Of a stretch of 60,350 nt of DNA, positions 54,252 to 60,350 are shown piece after piece. The DNA comes from Candidatus Hermodarchaeota archaeon (GTDB taxonomy: Archaea > Asgardarchaeota > Hermodarchaeia > Hermodarchaeales > Hermodarchaeaceae). A model generated the notes under the pieces. It was given only the letters and a program-made list of their open reading frames with translations. It was not told the origin of the DNA and searched no databases. Position 1 is the stretch's first letter, and each line of letters starts with the position of its first letter. Position numbers and translations under genes: made by a program. The stretch covers positions 1 to 60,350 of the forward strand of contig JAEOTD010000055.1 in the NCBI GenBank assembly GCA_016839995.1, in the 5' to 3' direction.

Positions 54252-54701
54252 CTACTCGAGGAGATCCTCCGTGTCGAGGTCGAGGAGTTCGCGGACCTCG
54301 GATTTCAGTTGGGGATTCAGTACGCGGAGACCAAGATCATCAGCCCGTTCAAGAATTGCCAGCCGCTTGCGGTCTCCCACTCTGTGGGCAATCCGGACAG
54401 CATGAGTTTTCGGATGGAGTCCTTCCATTTCTTGGAGATTGTGAACTAATACTTCCTTCATCCCGGAGGGATGATAGTCACGAAGTTTGACAGGGCTCCT
54501 GTAGCCGATGCGGGGCATTTTGGGTTGACTCTTTTCGCGTTTGCGGATCATAGAGTCAATACCCTTGGGACGTCGCCATCCTGTATCTAACCGTTTATAT
54601 CTCCAACTCTCTGGACGTCGAAACTTGGGTTTTCGCTGATTTTGTAACCGCTTCTTGTAAAGTTCACGTTGGAGTTTTTTGATGTGCTTACTCTTTTTCA
54701 T
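54252..54701 (-). CDS. rpl32e: 50S ribosomal protein L32e (eL32)
   Basis: 149 aa. KFRRPESWRYKRLDTGWRRPKGIDS. Confidence 0.93.
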   Translation of the reverse strand: MKKSKHIKKLQRELYKKRLQNQRKPKFRRPESWRYKRLDTGWRRPKGIDSMIRKREKSQPKMPRIGYRSPVKLRDYHPSGMKEVLVHNLQEMEGLHPKTHAVRIAHRVGDRKRLAILERADDLGLRVLNPQLKSEVRELLDLDTEDLLE

Positions 54702-54722
54702 TCTCTATCACATCCATCTTGG

Positions 54723-55286
54723 CTAAAGCTTCCAGTGGCGCTCTCCCAGTTGTTTTTCGAAAACGTAAATACCGTCATGAAACTTCCGAGGGTCCTTTCG
54801 ACGTAGTTTTGTCGAATGCTGAATATTGGCTGCGGTTTGCCCGACGAGTTCAATGTCAATGCCTTCTAGAATCACATCGTCACCTTGTACGGTCACAGTG
54901 ACTCCGGGAAGGATCTTTGCGCGTCGTGGGGCTTTTTCACCATAGAAGTTTTCGACGAGGAGTCGATCTCCTTCAACTTTCACGGTAGGCGGAAAGTGGG
55001 CAAAGACCACCTTCATTTTGTATGTTACACCGTGTGTTACTCCCAGCATCATGTTCTTGATATGGGAAACAATGGTGCCCACTAAAGCGATTTGACGACT
55101 TCGTGGGTAGTCTACAGAAACAACAATGTTGTTTCGAGTCTTCTTGATTTCGACATCAACATGACTGAAGTCGCGTACAATTTCACCCTTTGATCCCTGC
55201 ACGGTCACAAGCTTCTTGTCAATTGTGACTGTGGTGCCTTCCAGGATAGGAGTCGTTCTTTCAAAGTGAGTTGTTTTTGGTGGCAT
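54723..55286 (-). CDS. rpl6: 50S ribosomal protein L6 (uL6)
   Basis: 187 aa, two-domain L6 pattern. Conserved spc-operon position. Confidence 0.93.
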   Translation of the reverse strand: MPPKTTHFERTTPILEGTTVTIDKKLVTVQGSKGEIVRDFSHVDVEIKKTRNNIVVSVDYPRSRQIALVGTIVSHIKNMMLGVTHGVTYKMKVVFAHFPPTVKVEGDRLLVENFYGEKAPRRAKILPGVTVTVQGDDVILEGIDIELVGQTAANIQHSTKLRRKDPRKFHDGIYVFEKQLGERHWKL

Positions 55287-55307
55287 TTTCGTTTTTCACT
55301 CCTTGGG

Positions 55308-55700
55308 TTAGTAAATGTAAGCGATGAGTCGTCCTCCATGACCTTGCTCAGCGGCTTCCTTGTGCGTCATGAAGCCTTTGGGGGTTGAAACGATGAGAAA
55401 GCCGAAAGCACGGGAGGGTAAGAACCGCTTTTCCCATTCTTCGAAATCGTGGCGCTTTACAGGATGATGCGGTCTAATGATACCACATTGGTTGATACGA
55501 CCCAGCAGTTCCACACGGAGCATTCCTGCTTTGCCATCGTCTATGAATTCGAATTCGCCGACATAGCCCATTCGTTGCATGATACGGAGGGCTGCTCCAA
55601 TTTTCTTTGAGGCGGGGGCAATGACGACCTCTGATTTGCGAAGGAGTTCATGATTCATAATGGTTGAGAAGGCATCTGCCAATGGATTCTTCACGGTCAT
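55308..55700 (-). CDS. rps8: 30S ribosomal protein S8 (uS8)
   Basis: [18 protein letters not shown].... ATG 55700 lies 8 nt after GAGGTGG. The ORF-track GTG 55712 lies within the SD. Confidence 0.93.
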   Translation of the reverse strand: MTVKNPLADAFSTIMNHELLRKSEVVIAPASKKIGAALRIMQRMGYVGEFEFIDDGKAGMLRVELLGRINQCGIIRPHHPVKRHDFEEWEKRFLPSRAFGFLIVSTPKGFMTHKEAAEQGHGGRLIAYIY

Positions 55701-55714
55701 TTTCTTTTCCACCT

Positions 55715-55864
55715 CTAGCTAAATTTGCGAAATCCCAGCTCTTCGGCGACTTCTCGGAAGCATCGCCGGCATAAGCCGATATTGTAACTACGAATGATGG
55801 CGCGGTGTGTCCCGCAGCGCTTACAGTTTCGGTGACCTTTACCCTGCTTTTTCTCCTTTGACAT
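55715..55864 (-). CDS. rps14: 30S ribosomal protein S14 (uS14, zinc-binding type Z)
   Basis: 49 aa, below the ORF-track cutoff. [49 protein letters not shown]. The ATG overlaps the rpl5 stop by one nt. Confidence 0.92.
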   Translation of the reverse strand: MSKEKKQGKGHRNCKRCGTHRAIIRSYNIGLCRRCFREVAEELGFRKFS

Positions 55865-56526
55865 CAGTATTCATCCTCCAGCTCAGGTCGAGTAAATTGA
55901 ATTCCCAACTCAGTTGAGAGAATCGACATCGCCTCATCTGGGGTGATGCGGTGACGGCGTGGAACCTTATGCCTCGCTCGGCGGCGCCGATTAATCCGGA
56001 AACCGGGTCGTTCGGTGCAAATACACACATCCATTCCAAAGATCCCCAGATTTGGATCGTACCTTACACCAGGAATTTGGATGTGTTCGGAGATACCAAA
56101 GCTGACATTCCCAGCATGATCAACAGCACTAACAGGGATTTGGAAATCGGAGACGTCCAAGGCGCGTTTGGCAAAGTCTTTAGCTTTTTCACCACGCAGA
56201 GTTACTTTACAGCCCATGGGTTCTCCTTGCCGGAGACCAAAATCACGATTGGTTCGTTTTGCAAGTACGTCAACAGGTTTTTGTCCCGTTAATTCTTCAA
56301 GAACTGATTTGGCTTTCGCTAGTGGTTCACCACCGGTTCCCAACGACATATTGACAACCACCTTTGAAATGAAGATTTGTCGCATTACATTCCCCTTCTT
56401 AGCCTTGGGCTTGGGTGCTGGTTGGGGCTTTGCTGGTTTTGCTGCAGGCTTAGCTGGTTTAGCCTTCGCTCGGGTGGTTCGTTTCGCTGTGGTTTTAGGT
56501 TGAGCTGCTTTCTTTGCGGTTGACAT
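55864..56526 (-). CDS. rpl5: 50S ribosomal protein L5 (uL5) with ~45-aa Lys/Ala/Pro-rich N-terminal extension
   Basis: The core starts at MRQIFISKVVVNMSLG. The N-terminus is STAKKAAQPKTTAKRTTRAKAKPAKPAAKPAKPQPAPKPKAKK. Confidence 0.93.
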   Translation of the reverse strand: MSTAKKAAQPKTTAKRTTRAKAKPAKPAAKPAKPQPAPKPKAKKGNVMRQIFISKVVVNMSLGTGGEPLAKAKSVLEELTGQKPVDVLAKRTNRDFGLRQGEPMGCKVTLRGEKAKDFAKRALDVSDFQIPVSAVDHAGNVSFGISEHIQIPGVRYDPNLGIFGMDVCICTERPGFRINRRRRARHKVPRRHRITPDEAMSILSTELGIQFTRPELEDEY

Positions 56527-56528
56527 GG

Positions 56529-57269
56529 TTAGCTAGCCTCCGGAATAGAAATCAAGGGTGCGTCTTCACCGAGAGGGAAGACATAGCGAATTGCGGTCAG
56601 AATTGTCTGATCTCCGCTGGTCTGGATTGTTCCGAGTCGATTCTCGGGATCAATTTTGACAAGTTTACCCACGTTGCCCTTGTGGTCGCCGCCAGTGATT
56701 ACGGCGGTGATTCCCTCTTTGAGAGGGATGTGCTCCTGAATAGATTGATCTGGTAATTTGATCAGAAGTGTGTCGCCGGGGCTGTACTTTTCTTTGGGCT
56801 TTGCTTTGGGGTCTTTGACTTTAATCAGAATTGTTCGTCCATCATGTAGATGGAGTTGGATGTTACCCTTTGTAACCGTGTTCTTACCTGTAATTTTACA
56901 GGGCTTGAGGTTGAGTTCTTTCTTCGGAATCTTAAAGAGTTGGAGTAGATGCCGAGAATCGGGCACCACACGAACCTGGGTCTTGGTTGCTGCAATCTCA
57001 ATAACATCCATTAATCCGACAGAATATTTGTAGTCTTTTCGAACGCGTCCATCGACCTTCACTTGACCTTCAGCGATAACCCGTCGGGTTTCACCAAGTG
57101 TGCTAGTGAGCTGGAGCATGTCCCGAACTACAACGCCTAATGGAATACACTCATGAATTGCGTGGGGTCCTGGATTGGCGCGGATAGTGAAAGGACGAAC
57201 TTTGCGCTTAATCTGTAAGTGGCCAGGAGCAGCTAATCGTTTCATGTGTTTTCGAGGACCTTTTGCCAT
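56529..57269 (-). CDS. rps4e: 30S ribosomal protein S4e (eS4)
   Basis: MAKGPRKHMKRLAAP start. ATG 57269 lies 8 nt after GGAGGA. Confidence 0.93.
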   Translation of the reverse strand: MAKGPRKHMKRLAAPGHLQIKRKVRPFTIRANPGPHAIHECIPLGVVVRDMLQLTSTLGETRRVIAEGQVKVDGRVRKDYKYSVGLMDVIEIAATKTQVRVVPDSRHLLQLFKIPKKELNLKPCKITGKNTVTKGNIQLHLHDGRTILIKVKDPKAKPKEKYSPGDTLLIKLPDQSIQEHIPLKEGITAVITGGDHKGNVGKLVKIDPENRLGTIQTSGDQTILTAIRYVFPLGEDAPLISIPEAS

Positions 57270-57273
57270 CTGT

Positions 57274-57660
57274 CTAATCCTCCTTTTCAGCAAGCCCAGC
57301 ACGGGCAGCTGCTTTTCGATCGATGACGGCTTGACGTGTTTTGTCAATTTCTAATTTAGTGATCATGACGTTCTCTGGACGAATGGGGAACGGAACAGCT
57401 GAGCCATCCACCTTTTCGATGGTGATGTTTTCGATGCTCAGTTTGAGGTTCTTCATATCGACTTCCAGTACATCGCCTTCGGAGTCGCGGAAAGCTCCAC
57501 GAGTGATATACACGGTGTCACCTTTTCGGATGGGAATCCGCTTGATACCATGCTTATCCGCAATTTCTGGGGCCAGTTTGGCGGTGAGGTATTTGTGGCG
57601 TCGGTGCCACGGTGCAGTGTATCGCGCTTTGCGCTGTTTCTTGGGTTTTCGAGAGGTCAT
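57274..57660 (-). CDS. rpl24: 50S ribosomal protein L24 (uL24)
   Basis: MTSRKPKKQRKARYTAPWHRRHKYL plus KOW IRKGDTVYITRGAFRDSEG. The upstream part of the 212-aa ORF overlaps rpl14 out of frame. Confidence 0.93.
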   Translation of the reverse strand: MTSRKPKKQRKARYTAPWHRRHKYLTAKLAPEIADKHGIKRIPIRKGDTVYITRGAFRDSEGDVLEVDMKNLKLSIENITIEKVDGSAVPFPIRPENVMITKLEIDKTRQAVIDRKAAARAGLAEKED

Positions 57661-57673
57661 TTTATCTTTGCTC

Positions 57674-58096
57674 CTAAACGATGATGCTGGCAACGCTGGC
57701 AATTCGGGGCCACCGTTCAGCTGCTTCTCGGGCGATTGGGCCGCGGATTTCAGATCCCAGTGGATCACCGGTTTCTCCGGTGATGACAATGGCATTGTCT
57801 TCAAAGCGTATCCACTGACCGCCTTTTCGTCTGTAGGGTTTCCGTTGTCGGACAATGATGCCTCGAAGAACTTGTCGACGCATCTTGGGAGTGCCGGCTT
57901 TACAGGTGACAACGACCATATCTGCGACGCTGGCTGCCGGCTGACGACGAAGCCGCCCGTGATAACCGATAACTGAAATTACTTCGACAATTCGTGCACC
58001 ACTGTTATCGGCCACTGTTAGACGGGCACCAGTGGGAAGGCCACGACTAATCCGAGTCTTTGCCACACCTGCGGTTTTTCGCCCTCGTTTTACCAT
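57674..58096 (-). CDS. rpl14: 50S ribosomal protein L14 (uL14)
   Basis: 140 aa. LTVADNSGARIVEVISV. Confidence 0.95.
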   Translation of the reverse strand: MVKRGRKTAGVAKTRISRGLPTGARLTVADNSGARIVEVISVIGYHGRLRRQPAASVADMVVVTCKAGTPKMRRQVLRGIIVRQRKPYRRKGGQWIRFEDNAIVITGETGDPLGSEIRGPIAREAAERWPRIASVASIIV

Positions 58097-58440
58097 TATT
58101 CAGTTGCCTCCTGGGTTTTCACTCGCTCCACAACGACATGGGATACTGTCTTACTCAATTGTCGACATTCAGCAATCCGTACAGTGTCACCCACTTCGAG
58201 TGGAATGCATGGAGGATGATGAGCTGCTGTCATGGAGTGGCTCCGTGCGTACCGACGATATTTCTTGATGAACCGTAGGTAATCACGACGCACTGTAATC
58301 GTGCCCCTCATCTTTGTACTAGCCACCACGCCTTCGAAAACACGTCCTCTAACTGGGAGAGTCCCATGAAATGGGCAGTGAGGATCTTCGCATTCCTCTT
58401 CGGGTGCCTTAACTTTTAGACCAATATCACGAGCTACCAT
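58096..58440 (-). CDS. rps17: 30S ribosomal protein S17 (uS17)
   Basis: 114 aa. CEDPHCPFHGTLPVRGRVFEGVVASTKM. Confidence 0.95.
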   Translation of the reverse strand: MVARDIGLKVKAPEEECEDPHCPFHGTLPVRGRVFEGVVASTKMRGTITVRRDYLRFIKKYRRYARSHSMTAAHHPPCIPLEVGDTVRIAECRQLSKTVSHVVVERVKTQEATE

Positions 58441-58721
58441 CGTAGTTTTTTCGCCCTCCTTAAGCGTTCTGCGGGATGCCCCAACAGGGCTTGCCCATCA
58501 ATGTCCACTGTCTCGCCACTGGGCAACGACAGTTCAAAGAGACTTGAGGTCTTCGGAACACTTCGGTTTCGAAGGCCATCAGAGAGTGTAAGCATATTAT
58601 GAGTGTCATCAACAATGACACCTGAAATCCTGTGGAAAGCAGGATTCGTGGCACGCTTCACTACAGCGTTCAAACCAATGAGCGGATAGAGTGTGAGACG
58701 AGGTGGATACTGCATGCTCAT
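58434..58721 (-). CDS. rnp1: RNase P protein component 1 (Rpp29/Pop4)
   Basis: 95 aa. Conserved slot between rpl29 and rps17. LIGLNAVVKRATNPAFHRISGVIVDDTHNMLTL. Confidence 0.8.
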   Translation of the reverse strand: MSMQYPPRLTLYPLIGLNAVVKRATNPAFHRISGVIVDDTHNMLTLSDGLRNRSVPKTSSLFELSLPSGETVDIDGQALLGHPAERLRRAKKLRW

Positions 58722-58951
58722 TTGCCTCCTCCCAACTCTTCTGCGACCACTTGACGTGCCTCTTCATTATTCACCGTAAGAATTCGTGCAATGTTTTTCC
58801 GAATACCTCGAATAACGCCAGGATTTTCCATACCCGCCCCAGACATCATCGCAGCCCGTTGCTTGGCAAGTTCAGCCCTAAGTTCTTCGAGTTTTCGATC
58901 CCGTTCTTCAAGATTCATGTTCCGAATCTCTTGCATCGTAAGTAATGCCAT
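58718..58951 (-). CDS. rpl29: 50S ribosomal protein L29 (uL29)
   Basis: 77 aa. MQEIRNMNLEERDRKLEELRAELAK. Confidence 0.92.
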   Translation of the reverse strand: MALLTMQEIRNMNLEERDRKLEELRAELAKQRAAMMSGAGMENPGVIRGIRKNIARILTVNNEEARQVVAEELGGGK

Positions 58952-58971
58952 AACCCATTCGCCTCCGCATC

Positions 58972-60189
58972 TTACTTCTTCGAAGACTCCTTCTTGGTTT
59001 TCGTAGTCTTAGCCTTAGACTCCTTGGACTTTGACTTCGTTGCCTTCTTAGTCGATTTCTCGGTCTTGGTCTTCGTGGAAGCTTTGGCCTTAGTCTTGGG
59101 TTTTGCCTCAGCCTTCGCCTTTTTGGGTTCAGCTTTCTTCTTCGGCTTTACCTCAGTTTTCGCCTTCTCTTTCTTCGCTTTTTCTTTCGGCTTAGCTTTG
59201 GCTTTAGGTTTCGGTTCTGCTTTTGCCTTGGCCTTGGGCTTAGCTTCAGCTTTTTCTTTCTTCGTTTTAGGCTTAGCCTTCGGTTTCTCCTCAGTGACTT
59301 CTTTCTTTTTCTTCACTTTGGGCTTCTCGGCTTCCTTCTTAGGTTTAGCCTTGGGTTTCGTCTTCGGCTTTTCAGGTTCTTTGGGTGCCGGTTTCTCTTC
59401 CGGTGGAGGAACCTCCTCCGGCACCGGCGCGGGTGACACAGGAACTTCTGGCTCCACCGAATCAGGCACCGGTTCAGCACCCTCATCGACGAACTCTTCG
59501 ATTGGTGGCGCTTCTTCAATCGGCAGTTCCTCTTCAATCACTTCGATGTCAGCAGCTTCAGGAGCAGGGGCAGGCATGGGTTGCACTTCCACTTCCCGAT
59601 GCATAATGACAGGGCGATCCGGAGCAATGGCATCCGGTAACATAATTCGTACTTGGATCCCCAACACGCCAGGTTTCATAATTGCAAAAGCCCAGCCATG
59701 ACTCACAGCAGTTCGAATCGGTTCCCCAGTTTTTGCCACAAAGCCACTACGGAATTTCTGATACCGCGCTCGTCGACTGGTCAGCTTCCCCGCGATGGCG
59801 ATTTCTACACCCTTTGCTCCAGCACCAATGATGCGACGAAGGACACCATAGGCGGCACGCCGGAAGTGGTCACCCCGTTCAAGTCGTTGTGCCAATCTTT
59901 CAGCCATAATGGAGCCGTTGAGTTCAGGAACTTCGACTTCACTAACTTCAATTTGTGGTGTTTCTAATCCGAAATCGTGTTCGAGGGTTTCAGTTAACTC
60001 GCGCACCGTTGTGCCGCGGCGACCAATGACCATACCCGGGCGTGCTGCATAGACAACTACGCGCATACCTAGCGGGGTCTTTTGGAGGTCTACACCAGCA
60101 TAGCCGGCACGCCGAAGCTCCTGGCGTAAATAGTCATTCACTTTCACCTTCAGCAATCCACGATTGATAAAATGATCTTCCGCTGGCAT
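58972..60189 (-). CDS. rps3: 30S ribosomal protein S3 (uS3) with ~205-aa bipartite C-terminal extension
   Basis: KH-domain core (VIGRRGTTVRELTE). Residues ~201-270 are acidic and Pro-rich. Residues ~270-405 are Lys-rich (KPKAKPKKEAEKPKVKKKKE...KTKKESSKK). Confidence 0.93.
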   Translation of the reverse strand: MPAEDHFINRGLLKVKVNDYLRQELRRAGYAGVDLQKTPLGMRVVVYAARPGMVIGRRGTTVRELTETLEHDFGLETPQIEVSEVEVPELNGSIMAERLAQRLERGDHFRRAAYGVLRRIIGAGAKGVEIAIAGKLTSRRARYQKFRSGFVAKTGEPIRTAVSHGWAFAIMKPGVLGIQVRIMLPDAIAPDRPVIMHREVEVQPMPAPAPEAADIEVIEEELPIEEAPPIEEFVDEGAEPVPDSVEPEVPVSPAPVPEEVPPPEEKPAPKEPEKPKTKPKAKPKKEAEKPKVKKKKEVTEEKPKAKPKTKKEKAEAKPKAKAKAEPKPKAKAKPKEKAKKEKAKTEVKPKKKAEPKKAKAEAKPKTKAKASTKTKTEKSTKKATKSKSKESKAKTTKTKKESSKK

Positions 60190-60191
60190 TT

Positions 60192-60350
60192 TTACTCCTC
60201 CGTTAATACAACCTCAACATGCACCAATTGCTCATCGTACTTGGTTGACCGTCCACGAGCACGTTCTATGTAGCGTTTATTGATACGACCCGGATACGCA
60301 GAAATGTGGGTCACACGAAGCCGGTCAAGGTCCAATCCCTTGTAATCTGC
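60192..60350 (-). CDS. rpl22: 50S ribosomal protein L22 (uL22), C-terminal part (runs off the window)
   Basis: Open frame from the window edge: ADYKGLDLDRLRVTHISAYPGRINKRYIERARGRSTKYDEQLVHVEVVLTEE, then TAA at 60194-60192. Confidence 0.85.
   Translation of the reverse strand, partial: ADYKGLDLDRLRVTHISAYPGRINKRYIERARGRSTKYDEQLVHVEVVLTEE

Noticed and set aside
55700-55712. GTG-extended N-termini in the ORF track (rps8 GTG 55712, rpl7ae GTG 35200, acnX-large GTG 38130)
   Set aside because: In each case the GTG is part of a GGAGGTGA-like SD. A canonical start 6-8 nt downstream gives the family-typical N-terminus.
55715-55864. Apparent frameshift in rps14 noticed on a first reading
   Set aside because: Re-reading the sequence showed that it was my transcription slip. 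The 150-nt ORF is intact and encodes a complete 49-aa type-Z uS14.
57341-57976. 211-aa plus-strand ORF, with other long antisense ORFs at 53145-53726, 30972-31472 and 32085-32534
   Set aside because: They lie opposite strongly conserved genes (uL24/uL14, uL18, eS6, aIF5B). They have no recognisable motifs or SD.
58994-59701. 235-aa plus-strand ORF rich in Phe/Ser/Gly/Leu/Ala
   Set aside because: It is the antisense reading of the Lys-rich uS3 tail: AAG/AAA codons read backwards give CTT/TTT. It is low complexity with no start context. The minus-strand gene is unambiguous.

Overview
This window is an archaeal chromosomal segment made almost entirely of tightly packed housekeeping operons. About 85 of roughly 91 genes are on the minus strand. 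Calls rest on motif and family recognition by eye plus the supplied ORF track; no database search was run.

Gene content, by coordinate:
- 0.3-8.1 kb: comB-like phosphatase, a nucleotidyltransferase/CDP-alcohol transferase pair, Sua5, a THUMP protein, Cgi121, an ECF transporter energizing module and a DHH phosphoesterase.
- 8.2-16.9 kb: the exosome/proteasome superoperon (PfdB, Pcc1, Brix, L37Ae, Rrp42, Rrp41, Rrp4, SBDS, PsmA, Pop5, Rpp30, DUF54-like, L15e), interrupted by a small membrane protein and an opposite-strand JAMM/MPN protease.
- 22-35 kb: S3Ae, RecJ-like, S15, HAM1, Bud32, Kae1, S27ae, S24e, DPCK, Spt4, Rpo7, PIN, aIF2-gamma, S6e, aIF5B, and the L24e/S28e/L7Ae block.
- 35.3-40.4 kb: an archaeal-type lower mevalonate operon (mvk, UbiD-like decarboxylase, AcnX large and small subunits, type-2 IDI) directly downstream of rps2.
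- 40.5-60.3 kb: the S2/Rpo10/S9/L13/L18e/Rpo3/S11/S4/S13 block, an intron-containing tRNA-Ser(GGA), cbf5, L14e, cmk, DUF106, adk, secY, and the spc/S10-type block from L15 to L22.

Most noteworthy observations:
1. cbf5 is split by a 41-nt element that folds into a bulge-helix-bulge motif. Its predicted excision exactly restores the conserved INLD-KPPGPTSHEV junction.
2. Three conserved genes (rps27ae, rpo7, cbf5) have no in-frame ATG/GTG/TTG at the homology-supported N-terminus. Each has a near-cognate codon (ACG, ATC, CTG) 6-9 nt downstream of a strong Shine-Dalgarno.
3. At least a dozen RNA- or DNA-associated proteins carry long Lys/Pro/Ala/Glu-rich low-complexity tails. Nucleotide-perfect repeats inside two of them suggest recent slippage.
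4. An hsp20 gene sits between rpl30 and rpl15.

No CRISPR array, mobile element or obvious defence system was seen. Lineage cannot be determined here; the mRNA intron, relaxed BHB motifs and AcnX-type mevalonate genes hint at a TACK/Thermoproteota-like archaeon, but that is inference only.
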